Of a stretch of DNA of 32,000 nt, positions 8,750-17,557 are shown one piece after another. Both the position numbers and the translations under genes were made by a program. The notes under the pieces were generated by a model, which saw only the letters and a program-made list of their open reading frames with translations, had not been told where the DNA came from and ran no database searches. This DNA comes from Fibrobacter succinogenes subsp. succinogenes S85 (GTDB lineage: Bacteria; Fibrobacterota; Fibrobacteria; Fibrobacterales; Fibrobacteraceae): NCBI RefSeq assembly GCF_000146505.1, contig NC_017448.1:300001-332000 (forward strand). Reading direction: 5' to 3'. The number at the start of each line of letters is the position of its first letter. Position 1 is the stretch's first letter.

Positions 8750-10276
8750 TTATACAGCGTAAAATTTCTGGCGAATCAGCTCCAGCGTATTGCGCAAATC
8801 CTGTTCCAATTGACGGTCACATTCAAGCGGAGCAAACTTCGAGAATACCTGATTGTAAGTCTCTTGAAGATTCTTGAGGCGGTCTTCCGAAATTTCATTG
8901 CGTTCCAAGCGTATGCGAAGTGCCTGAGCCGAAGCCAGAAGCGTTGCCGCTGCCACCTGTTCCGAAAGCTCCAAGACGCGGATGCAGTCGCGGGCCGCAA
9001 TCGTACCCATGCTGACCTTGTCTTGGTTGTGGCATTCCGTCGAACGGCTGAACACGCTCATCGGCATTGTCAAATGCAAAGCTTCAGCCGTCCATGCAGA
9101 AACGCCTATCTGCACCGCCTTAAAGCCATGATTGATATCGTAATCGCCCTTGCTCCCCGCAAGATTCGGTGGCAAGTTACGGTTGAACTTGATATCGACA
9201 ATCATCGCCAGCTGACGGTCCAAAAGGTCCGCAATGTTTGCAACCATGTTCTTGAGCGTATCCATCGCAAGGCAAATATGCCCGCCATAGAAATGCCCAC
9301 CGTGGAAAATATTCTTTGTGAACGGATCGACAATCGGATTGTCATTAGCGCTGTTGAGTTCAATTTCAATCAATTGGCGCAAGAACGCGCTAGAATCATA
9401 GAAAAGTCCAATCACATGCGGAGCGCAACGCAGAGAATACGGATCCTGGATTTTCTCGGGAACCACATTCTTCGCCACATCGAGATTCAAGGCTTCACGA
9501 ATTTTCTTTGCAGCCAAGCCAAGTCCCGGATGCGGTTTTGCTTCGAACAAGCGTTCATAATAGTGATACGCATTGCCCTTCATTGCAACCGTAATCATCG
9601 CTGTAATTCGGCAAGCGAGGTCAGAAAGGTATTCTGCACGGGAATAAGCCATGCAAGCGACCGCATTCATCGCCGCCGTGCCGTTCATAATGGCAATTGC
9701 TTCTTTCGGGCGAAACTTGTGCGGAGTAATTCCCAATTCCTTCATCACGTCCAAAGAAGAACGACGTTCGCCCTTGTACATCACATTGCGTTCACCAATC
9801 ACGGCACCTGCCAAATACGAAAGCGGAGTCAAGTCGCCACTTGCGCCCACGGAACCTTCCTGCGGAATGAGCGGTAAAATATCGTTCTGTAAAAACTGCG
9901 TAATGATTTTCAAAAGTGCATAGCTCACACCAGAGAAACCTTGCGCAAGCGTATTCAAGCGTACCGCCATAATCGCGCGGGTCGTCTCGGCATCAAAGTA
10001 ATCACCGAGGCCGCATCCATGGAAACGCGTCAAGTTAATCGGGAGCTGGCTGTAATGTTCCGGCGGCAACACCTGCGTGCAGGAATCACCATATCCCGTT
10101 GTCACGCCATAAATGCCACCATGTTCTGCAAGCGCTTCGTCCAAGAATTCTGCACCAGAATCAATCTTTCTCTGGAATTCCGCAGAACTATCAAGTTCCA
10201 CTGCGACTTGCTTTTTCGCAATCGCAACAACATCTTCAATCGAAAGCTTACCACTTCCAATAACGACGGTTTTCAT
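8750..10276 (-). CDS. Aromatic amino-acid ammonia-lyase (HAL/TAL/PAL family, MIO-dependent)
   Basis: 508 aa. MIO-forming triad in GSVGASGDLTPLS (Ala145-Ser146-Gly147, nt 9836-9844), YGVTTGYG, NSANDNP. The selectivity-switch pair reads Phe85-His86 (nt 10019-10024). Confidence 0.9.
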   Translation of the reverse strand: MKTVVIGSGKLSIEDVVAIAKKQVAVELDSSAEFQRKIDSGAEFLDEALAEHGGIYGVTTGYGDSCTQVLPPEHYSQLPINLTRFHGCGLGDYFDAETTRAIMAVRLNTLAQGFSGVSYALLKIITQFLQNDILPLIPQEGSVGASGDLTPLSYLAGAVIGERNVMYKGERRSSLDVMKELGITPHKFRPKEAIAIMNGTAAMNAVACMAYSRAEYLSDLACRITAMITVAMKGNAYHYYERLFEAKPHPGLGLAAKKIREALNLDVAKNVVPEKIQDPYSLRCAPHVIGLFYDSSAFLRQLIEIELNSANDNPIVDPFTKNIFHGGHFYGGHICLAMDTLKNMVANIADLLDRQLAMIVDIKFNRNLPPNLAGSKGDYDINHGFKAVQIGVSAWTAEALHLTMPMSVFSRSTECHNQDKVSMGTIAARDCIRVLELSEQVAAATLLASAQALRIRLERNEISEDRLKNLQETYNQVFSKFAPLECDRQLEQDLRNTLELIRQKFYAV

Positions 10277-10290
10277 TTAATTGTTCTCCA

Positions 10291-11244
10291 CTATTTTTCT
10301 AACCTGTCCCAAAAATTGTAGAAATTGTACCACTGATAAGGATGTTCTTTACACAGCCTTTCCAACAACTCAGTGTATTCCTGCAAAAGCATTTTCAAGC
10401 GCATAGGGCGTTCCTTGCGCGAGCATTCCAGATTCGTCTTGGCACGCACCACATGCATTTCGTAAGGCGAACGGATATTAAAGTCATGTTTGCGAATCGC
10501 AAATACAAAATAAACGGGAGCATTCAAAATGCCCGCTAGCGAAAAAGCACCTTCTGGGAAGTTCGCCGTTTCACCTAGGAACATCGTTTCAAGCACGCGA
10601 CTGCGCGTATGAGCAGATGTACGATCTCCCGCAATCACCACAAGATTTCCATCTGCAATTTTCTCTTTCATCCAAATGGCAGAATCCACATCAATGGAAT
10701 TAGCATCAATTACATTTTCCATCAATTCCGGATTCAGTTCACGCAAAAGCGCATTGAACTTTTTGGAGCCCGACAAATCGACTACTGGGAAAACCTGAAA
10801 CTTTCGCGATGTATGGAACTCGCCATATTCAGTGAGCGAACGGAGCATTTCCATATTGCCTAGATGCGAACAAAGCAGAAACGCGCCCTGCCCTTGATTC
10901 ATTTGCGAAACAAGCATCTGCAAATCGTCATTTTGCGATTCGATCTGATTGAGCTTGATAGCGCCCTTCCAGCCTCGTAACTTTTCAACCATCGAAAGCG
11001 CAAACGAAAGGATGTGCTTATACGTTCCAAACGCACCCACGTATACGCCCAATTTACGCAAGTGTTCCAAATAAATTTTAGAACGCGCACGAACAGGTGC
11101 AGCCCCAAGCCAGAAAAAGAAGCATATTACAGCCGTACACAATTCAACAAGAAACAACGGCAAATGGCACACGATCCAAAGCATAAAACGGAAATGCCAA
11201 ACACTTCCGCCCACTTCTTCAATTTCGGACCAATGCTTGCTCAT
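10291..11244 (-). CDS. LpxL/HtrB-family (lysophospholipid/lipid A-type) acyltransferase
   Basis: 317 aa. N-terminal TM segment and the family motif CSHLGNMEM (HxxxxE/D). Sits inside the APE cluster. Confidence 0.7.
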   Translation of the reverse strand: MSKHWSEIEEVGGSVWHFRFMLWIVCHLPLFLVELCTAVICFFFWLGAAPVRARSKIYLEHLRKLGVYVGAFGTYKHILSFALSMVEKLRGWKGAIKLNQIESQNDDLQMLVSQMNQGQGAFLLCSHLGNMEMLRSLTEYGEFHTSRKFQVFPVVDLSGSKKFNALLRELNPELMENVIDANSIDVDSAIWMKEKIADGNLVVIAGDRTSAHTRSRVLETMFLGETANFPEGAFSLAGILNAPVYFVFAIRKHDFNIRSPYEMHVVRAKTNLECSRKERPMRLKMLLQEYTELLERLCKEHPYQWYNFYNFWDRLEK

Positions 11245-11246
11245 AA

Positions 11247-12017
11247 CTATTTCTTTTTAAATAAGCGGCGAGACAAAAGCAAAGGAAGCCTAAAAAACAT
11301 GCCTATGCAAAGCATCGTATGCGTCATCGAAATCACAACGTTGTCATGGAACATTCTAAAGTTCGAAACGCCATCTTTCGGGTAATTCACCTTCACCGGG
11401 AAAAAGCGCATCTGCACGCCCGCCCACGCAAGACGAACAATAATTTCAATATCAACGCCCATGCGGTTGTTGTGCAAACGTTTCATCACCGGCCAAGACG
11501 TTTTGAGCGGATAAATTCTAAAGCCGCACATGGCATCAGGAATTTTGAGCGAAAGCGTTTCAATCGCCACCCAGAAATTCGTAATCTTACGACCCTGTTC
11601 ACGAGCCTTGGGTACGGATTCATCGTATTCCGGGTAACCGCAAATCAAGTCTTCAGGATGTTCCTTCGTCTCGTTTATAAAAAACGGAATCGCCTTCATA
11701 TCGTGTTGGCCATCGGCATCGACCTGCAAAGCGTGCGTGAATCCCGCCACAATAGCAGCATCCATGCCGGAACGCATCGCAGCGCCTTTGCCGAGATTGC
11801 ATTTATGCGTCACAAGTTCGACATTTGCAAATTCTCTTGCAATTTCAAAAAGAACTTGGTGACCTTCGGGCGTGTTTCCATCGTCAATGAGAATCACAGG
11901 AATGTTCAAATCGACAAGGGATTTCACGACATGGCGCGATGCATTTTCGTGGCGATAAACAGGCACAATGGCGCAAACTTTTACCGCATTATCCACGATT
12001 TTCGCCCTCGCCAGCAT
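11247..12017 (-). CDS. Family 2 glycosyltransferase (ApeJ-like)
   Basis: AIVPVYRHE, IDDGNTPEG and the DxD motif QVDADGQH. C-terminal TM helix. ATG 12017 (GTG at 12020 also possible). The start overlaps the 3' end of the upstream gene by ~29 nt. Confidence 0.85.
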   Translation of the reverse strand: MLARAKIVDNAVKVCAIVPVYRHENASRHVVKSLVDLNIPVILIDDGNTPEGHQVLFEIAREFANVELVTHKCNLGKGAAMRSGMDAAIVAGFTHALQVDADGQHDMKAIPFFINETKEHPEDLICGYPEYDESVPKAREQGRKITNFWVAIETLSLKIPDAMCGFRIYPLKTSWPVMKRLHNNRMGVDIEIIVRLAWAGVQMRFFPVKVNYPKDGVSNFRMFHDNVVISMTHTMLCIGMFFRLPLLLSRRLFKKK

Positions 12018-14355
12018 CACCTGTTGAAGTGTTCATTACCAACGAACCATTTGAATACGAAGTTTCACCATCTTCGCTAGTGTACGCAAACGTCACCTTA
12101 CCCGCATCCGCATCGTACGTGATTTTCACCATTACAGGAACGTCCGGCAAAATGGGATTTGCAAAACGCGTACGGTTCATCTTGGAAAGTTCCTTAGGCA
12201 CTTCCAAGAAGTTCCGCGCCAAGCGCAAAACCATATCCACCTGCACCACTGCAGGCAACAGCTTAAATTCCGGGAAATGACCATCGTAGTAATCACTCGT
12301 CGCCGGGAACAAAAGCTTCGCGGTCAAAGCGCCCGGTTCACGGCGGAACTTGAGAATCTTGAAATTCGGACTTTCGGCAAGGCCAAACAGCGCCTGGATA
12401 TCGCGCATGCGAATCTTGCCTTCCGTATTCTGCGGGAGTTCTTCAAGATAGCGCCACTTCTTCGGTGAAACCGTATTCTCAATAAACTTGAGCAAGTAAT
12501 CGTGGAAATAATTATTGATCGCAAGTTTGGGCGACCCCGCAAACTTTGTGCGTCCAGCTTCGTTCAGCACAATCGCAGCGGCTAGGTATTGGCGTTTACC
12601 CACCATCGGCACCACGCGCACATCTTGTACCAACCCCGTCTGCTTCAAGCGCATTTCCACTTCCGGGAGCGAGATGCGTTTTTCCTCAATCTTCACAATC
12701 GAATCCGAACGGCCCTTGAGCAAGAATCGGCCGTCGTCATAAAGGTCCACCAAGTCACCTGTCGTAAAGCCTTCGGGTTCTAGAATATAACTCGACTTGA
12801 TGTTCAGGCAACCATTTTCGGCAACACTCATCTTGCAAACTTCAAACGGAGTCCACACCGGTCCATTCTTGGATTGCCTATACGCAATGCCACCCGTCTC
12901 GGTACTGCCGTAAATTTCCATCGTCCAAAATCCCGTCAGTTCACAGGCCTTGCGAGCCACCTCTTCGGGCAACGGACCTCCGGACGAATAAATAATCGGA
13001 GTACATTTAAAGTCAATCGGCTTATCCGTTTCTGCAGATAAACGTTTCAAGAACGCAGGGCTCGAAGCGATTACCGCAGCTTCCCCTGCAATATTTGCTA
13101 GTTCTGTCGGAAAATCAATACGGTGCCTGCGGAACGGAAGCCCAGTCGCAATCGGCAAAAGCGCCGTAAACAACAAACCGTAAATATGGTGGTGGTTGAC
13201 AGTGCTATAAACCTTGCGGTTTACCCAGTCATTTCCAAAGACTTTCACAAGTTCAAATAGTTCATTTTCAAATTGCAAAAAGCGCTTGTACACAGCCTTC
13301 GGTTCACCCGTCGTACCCGACGTGTACATCACCATCTCGGCTTTGGACTTGTCGAACTTGCCGAACTTGATTTCGCGAGCTTTGTCACCATCCGAACAAT
13401 GCGCATTTTCATTACCAAGCACATCCTGGATCAAAGTCGCTGGCATTTCGTTCGCGCCAGCAACACTACCAGCAAACGGTTCATCTGTCAAGAATCCATA
13501 TTCAGGCTTCTTGATTTCCTTGATAAACGCTTCTTGGCGATTCGCAGTCACAAGCGCCTTGCGCCCGCTCTGGAGCATCGCTAGCAAAGAAACCGTAAAG
13601 TAATACGAATCTTCGCAATGCAAAATCCACGGCACATTTTCACGAGCTTCCAGGTAATAACGCACCTTGGAAACATCGCTTACAAAATCGCCCCAAGTCT
13701 TACCTTCGGCGACAAACGCACCATCCGGGCGAGAATCACGTTCCAAATCACAGACAGGAACATACGACTGCATTTTACTCTGCACCATTTTTCGAACCAA
13801 ATATTCCACAATGAAAAATAAACCAATTAAAATGTAAGAAATAAGTCCATTGTACAACGACCAAATCTTATCGGAACCCACGAAAACGGTAAGCGCAGAA
13901 ACCGATCCATTCACGACAAAAAAGAGGCACCATGCAAAAGTCACCTTATTGCAATAACGCTCCACCGCCTTAAACGAAGGCGATGTATTCAACGACTTGT
14001 TCCCCAGGCACGCCATTCGGAACGCAAAGCTCGGCGGTCGCCATAGCGTAAATCCGAAAAACGCAAGCAAGCTCAAGTTCACGAGCACCGGATAAAACTT
14101 GACAAATAAAATGTTATTTGCAAAGAATGCGACAAGTGCGCACACCAAAATCAGCGCAACGATAGCCCCCGTACGCCCACGATCCGCCTTTGACTTGCTA
14201 CGCGTAAAATTCAAGAAGTGGTAAAAGCCAAGCGCCAAAAGCATCAAGCTCATGCGCCGTGGCGAAAGTCCCCAGTACCTAATTCCGCAATAGACAAGGA
14301 CCGGATACAAAACAGAAATCGCGGTAAAGAAAATCTTTCCCGCAACCTGTTTCAT
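11989..14355 (-). CDS. Tri-domain fusion: polytopic membrane domain + AMP-dependent synthetase/ligase + hotdog dehydratase (ApeG-ApeH-ApeI-like)
   Basis: 788 aa. Residues 1-190 are hydrophobic helices. The adenylation motifs are MYTSGTTGEPKAV, YGSTETGG, TGDLV and GRSDSIVKIEEKRISL. Residues ~659-775 form a FabA/Z-like hotdog domain (YYDGHFPEFKLLPAVVQVDM). Confidence 0.85.
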   Translation of the reverse strand: MKQVAGKIFFTAISVLYPVLVYCGIRYWGLSPRRMSLMLLALGFYHFLNFTRSKSKADRGRTGAIVALILVCALVAFFANNILFVKFYPVLVNLSLLAFFGFTLWRPPSFAFRMACLGNKSLNTSPSFKAVERYCNKVTFAWCLFFVVNGSVSALTVFVGSDKIWSLYNGLISYILIGLFFIVEYLVRKMVQSKMQSYVPVCDLERDSRPDGAFVAEGKTWGDFVSDVSKVRYYLEARENVPWILHCEDSYYFTVSLLAMLQSGRKALVTANRQEAFIKEIKKPEYGFLTDEPFAGSVAGANEMPATLIQDVLGNENAHCSDGDKAREIKFGKFDKSKAEMVMYTSGTTGEPKAVYKRFLQFENELFELVKVFGNDWVNRKVYSTVNHHHIYGLLFTALLPIATGLPFRRHRIDFPTELANIAGEAAVIASSPAFLKRLSAETDKPIDFKCTPIIYSSGGPLPEEVARKACELTGFWTMEIYGSTETGGIAYRQSKNGPVWTPFEVCKMSVAENGCLNIKSSYILEPEGFTTGDLVDLYDDGRFLLKGRSDSIVKIEEKRISLPEVEMRLKQTGLVQDVRVVPMVGKRQYLAAAIVLNEAGRTKFAGSPKLAINNYFHDYLLKFIENTVSPKKWRYLEELPQNTEGKIRMRDIQALFGLAESPNFKILKFRREPGALTAKLLFPATSDYYDGHFPEFKLLPAVVQVDMVLRLARNFLEVPKELSKMNRTRFANPILPDVPVMVKITYDADAGKVTFAYTSEDGETSYSNGSLVMNTSTGDAGEGENRG

Positions 14356-14612
14356 TACTTAGATTCCGAATTTTGAACAAGATTATAGATACCATCGACC
14401 ACGTTCTCAAGAGTACGCATTTTTTTGAATGCTTCCGGGTCGATGTTTCTCGGCAAAAAAGACTTGAGCTTCACAATCAAGTCCACAGCATCAATGCTAT
14501 CCAATTCCAAGTCTTCGTAAAGGCGAGCCTCTGGAACGATTCGATTTTCTTCCAAATCAAAATCTTCAATAAGGGCAGCTTTAATCTTTTCGAAAATGAC
14601 CTGTTTGTCCAT
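14355..14612 (-). CDS. Acyl carrier protein
   Basis: 85 aa. Phosphopantetheine-attachment motif LELDSIDAVDL. The stop overlaps the downstream start (TAATG). Confidence 0.9.
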   Translation of the reverse strand: MDKQVIFEKIKAALIEDFDLEENRIVPEARLYEDLELDSIDAVDLIVKLKSFLPRNIDPEAFKKMRTLENVVDGIYNLVQNSESK

Positions 14613-14615
14613 GGA

Positions 14616-14891
14616 TTAGCCCTTAGAATTTGCAGAAATGTAGGCAGCAAGCGCATTCACCGAAGCAAAATGCTGTTTGGTTTCTTCCTTAACCGTCGAG
14701 AAAGATACACCAAAATTTTCCTTGATGGCAATGCCCAATTCCAAAGCGTCGATTGAATCCAGACCAAGCCCTTCGCCGGCAGCATTCTTACCAAAAATCG
14801 GAGCAGAATCCACAATATCGGCTGGGGTAATATCTTCCAGTTCCAAGGACTCAATCATGACTTCTTTAATACGGGTATTCAAATCGGACAT
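14616..14891 (-). CDS. Acyl carrier protein
   Basis: LGLDSIDALEL motif. I prefer ATG 14891 (MSDLNTRIKE...). The ORF is also open to 14909. Confidence 0.9.
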   Translation of the reverse strand: MSDLNTRIKEVMIESLELEDITPADIVDSAPIFGKNAAGEGLGLDSIDALELGIAIKENFGVSFSTVKEETKQHFASVNALAAYISANSKG

Positions 14892-14986
14892 ATATTTTAG
14901 CGACCTCAATCAAGGTTTACATTTTCTTGGATAGGCAATATAGAAAAATAATTTTATATTAAGGGAACCTTATTTTTAGAGACACC
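14892..14986. promoter_or_regulatory. Divergent promoter region between the ACP-led minus-strand operon and the methyltransferase-led plus-strand operon
   Basis: 95-nt AT-rich gap between divergently oriented first genes. Contains AATATAGAAAAA (14937-14948), which recurs at 30413-30424. No -10/-35 assignment attempted. Confidence 0.3.
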
Positions 14987-16090
14987 ATGTTCGATTTTTA
15001 TAAAAACGATTCCATCGACGCTGTAAACGCCAAGTTTGAAGCTCAAAAAATTGCATTTGCCCCCCTCAGTTTCCAAGCGGCCCGCGCCCTCAGAGACATG
15101 GGCATTTTAGAAGAAATCAGCAAATCGCGCAAAAAAGGCATTACCATTTCGGAAATTGCTCAGAAGCTAGACATTTCGCTTTACGGAGTAGGCGTTCTTG
15201 TAGAAATGGGACTTGGCATGGGAGCCATCAAGCTCCACAAGGATTCTAGCGAAGATGACCTGCGCCTCACGCTCGGAAAAATTGGATTTTTCCTCTTAAA
15301 CGACGAAATGACGCAAGTGAACATGGACTTTTCGCAGGACATCTGCTACCGCGGTGCCGAAAATCTCGAGCAGTCCATCCGCGAAGGGAAGCCATCAGGA
15401 CTCCCCCACCTCGGTCCGTGGAAAACCGTCTACGAAGGGCTCTCCCAGCTGACCGACCAACAGAAAAAGAGCTGGTTCGGATTTGACCATTTTTACTCCG
15501 ACTTGGCATTCCCCGAAGCACTCCCGATTGTATTCGAAAAGCTTACAGAACTGAAGCAGCCAAGACTTTTTGACATTGGCGGAAACACTGCAAAATGGGC
15601 CATTGCCTGCTGCAAATACAACGCAGACATACAAGTTTCCATCATCGACCTTCCGGGGCAAACCGCAGTCGCCGAAAAGAATGCCGCACAAGCAGGCTTT
15701 AAAGACCGCATTGACACCATAGCCTGCAACGTTCTCGACGACACGACCGAATTCCCGCAAGGCGCAAACGCTGTCTGGATGAGCCAATTCCTGGATTGCT
15801 TCTCGCTCAAGCAAATCACAAAAATCTTGACAAAGATCCACAAGGCAGCCACTCCAGAAACAGACGTCTACGTTCTCGAACCGCTTTGGGACAAGCAGCG
15901 TTTTGAAGCCGCCGCATACTCGCTCCAGGCCACGTCGCTTTACTTTACCTGCATCGCAAACGGCAACAGCAAAATGTACCGCTACGAAGAGCTTAAAAAA
16001 GCCATCGAAATTGCAGGTTTCGAGCTCAAGGAAGCGCACCACGGCGTAGGCCCGAACGCCTATTCCCTCCTCCGCTTCCGCAAAAAATAA
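14987..16090 (+). CDS. SAM-dependent O-methyltransferase (family-2 type with N-terminal dimerisation/winged-helix domain; ApeB-like)
   Basis: 367 aa. Motif I LFDIGGNTAKWA followed by IIDLPGQ, which fits the (V/I)D(V/I)GGG ... DLP pattern of class I O-MTs. Confidence 0.8.
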   Translation: MFDFYKNDSIDAVNAKFEAQKIAFAPLSFQAARALRDMGILEEISKSRKKGITISEIAQKLDISLYGVGVLVEMGLGMGAIKLHKDSSEDDLRLTLGKIGFFLLNDEMTQVNMDFSQDICYRGAENLEQSIREGKPSGLPHLGPWKTVYEGLSQLTDQQKKSWFGFDHFYSDLAFPEALPIVFEKLTELKQPRLFDIGGNTAKWAIACCKYNADIQVSIIDLPGQTAVAEKNAAQAGFKDRIDTIACNVLDDTTEFPQGANAVWMSQFLDCFSLKQITKILTKIHKAATPETDVYVLEPLWDKQRFEAAAYSLQATSLYFTCIANGNSKMYRYEELKKAIEIAGFELKEAHHGVGPNAYSLLRFRKK

Positions 16091-16104
16091 GCCCGGCGTA
16101 AATC

Positions 16105-16779
16105 ATGCAAAAAGTTTTCATCGAAAAAATGGCAAGCTTTGTGCCGACAGAAGCGCACCCCAAGCCAGATGTTTCGTTCGTACCTATGCTGACGCGCCGT
16201 CGCCTCAGCTACATTTCGCGCATGGTGGTTCTCGTGAGCGATCAAGTTTCTCGCGACAACGACGGCAACAAACTCACGCCCTGCAAGGTGACATTCGCAT
16301 CGCAGTTCGGAGAAATCAGCCAGCAACTGAAAATTTCGCAGACGCTTCTCGACACAGGCATGGTCTCGCCCGCGCATTTTAGCCTTTCGGTTTTTAACGC
16401 CTCCATTGCAAATGCGTCAATTCTCGAAACGAACACCGCAGGCTACTCCGCCGTATTCTCCGGGAAGGACGCTTTTACCACAGGCCTCACGGATTGCATA
16501 GCCGCCCTTGAAAGTGAAAGCACAGACACGCGTACATTCATTTTCGCAGACGAACTCATCCCCGAGACCTACGCTCCCGTTGCAGGCGTCCCCTACCCGA
16601 ACGCCGTCTGTGCCATCGCACTCCGCCTCACGACCGACGAATCCAAGGCCGATCCGACATTTAAAAACGTTGATATCGCAAGCCAACTGGCACAGCTCAA
16701 GATGTTGCGCAACAACTTCGATACCGCCGCAGAACAAGCCATCGCTTTCCTCTGCGCCATTGACATGCAAAAGACTTAA
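16105..16779 (+). CDS. KS N-terminal-domain-only protein, chain-length-factor-like (ApeC-like)
   Basis: 224 aa. SPAHFSLSVFNASIANASI resembles the KS N-domain, but the position of the active-site Cys reads AVFSGKDAF (no Cys). The C-terminal His-His half is missing. Confidence 0.6.
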   Translation: MQKVFIEKMASFVPTEAHPKPDVSFVPMLTRRRLSYISRMVVLVSDQVSRDNDGNKLTPCKVTFASQFGEISQQLKISQTLLDTGMVSPAHFSLSVFNASIANASILETNTAGYSAVFSGKDAFTTGLTDCIAALESESTDTRTFIFADELIPETYAPVAGVPYPNAVCAIALRLTTDESKADPTFKNVDIASQLAQLKMLRNNFDTAAEQAIAFLCAIDMQKT

Positions 16780-16781
16780 TA

Positions 16782-17552
16782 ATGGCAAAAATCCGCTACA
16801 TACGCCGTATTTTAGCAAAACTTTTCTGCTTTGCTTTTTTCGGCATTTGTAGCCTAATTCTCGCAATACTTCTTTTCCCCATCATCCATATTATCACGGG
16901 TTTTAACGAAAGAAGATTCAAGATTTTTGTCCGCAAGTTCAACCACCAGTATTTTAAAATTTTCGTCAAAATAGCTGAACTTTTAGGAGCAATTCGACTC
17001 ACCGTCGAAAACAGGGATTCCCTCAAGAACCTCCGTTCCAAAGTTGTCATTGCGAATCACCCCTCATTATTCGATGTTGTCATTCTTTTTTCGCTTATTC
17101 CTAATGCAAATTGCATTGTAAAAGGCGAGCTCATTCAAAATAAATTTATTTCGCTTATCATCAGGAATTTGTACATTCCAAACAACATCCCTTTTGAAGA
17201 GCAACTTGAAATGGCGAAAGCCTCCATGGACGAAGGGAATAACCTTATCATTTTCCCTGAAGGGACCCGTAGCAAGCCTGGCGAGCCATGGGAATTCAAG
17301 AAAGGAGCAGCCCGTTTTGCACTTTATGCACAAAGTGATGTTGTTCCTATTTTCTTTGGTGGAAATGAAAAAATCGGGCTCCGTAAGCATGACAAGTTGT
17401 TACAATTTCACCCGACAGAACGTTATATATACAACTTGAAAATACTCAAGCCCATTCCGGTAAAAGAATACGAGAGCATGCCACTCACTAAAAGTGCAAC
17501 CAAGCTCACACACAAAATGAAGGAAATTCTTGAAAAAGAATTGCCAAATTAA
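16782..17552 (+). CDS. 1-acyl-sn-glycerol-3-phosphate acyltransferase family protein (PlsC-like; ApeD-like)
   Basis: 256 aa. N-terminal TM, HX4D motif NHPSLFD and FPEGTRS motif. Confidence 0.85.
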   Translation: MAKIRYIRRILAKLFCFAFFGICSLILAILLFPIIHIITGFNERRFKIFVRKFNHQYFKIFVKIAELLGAIRLTVENRDSLKNLRSKVVIANHPSLFDVVILFSLIPNANCIVKGELIQNKFISLIIRNLYIPNNIPFEEQLEMAKASMDEGNNLIIFPEGTRSKPGEPWEFKKGAARFALYAQSDVVPIFFGGNEKIGLRKHDKLLQFHPTERYIYNLKILKPIPVKEYESMPLTKSATKLTHKMKEILEKELPN

Positions 17553-17557
17553 CTCTT

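Noticed and set aside
8810-9877. 355-aa plus-strand ORF
   Set aside because: It is antisense to the ammonia-lyase gene, whose MIO motif and family signatures are unambiguous. The shadow ORF is R/H/C-rich and has no recognisable domain.
11319-12080. 253-aa plus-strand ORF
   Set aside because: It is antisense to the GT2 gene, which has DDG and DxD motifs. R/H/N/F-rich shadow frame.
15395-16042. 215-aa minus-strand ORF
   Set aside because: It is antisense to the O-methyltransferase gene, which has the SAM-binding motifs. There is no support for independent coding.
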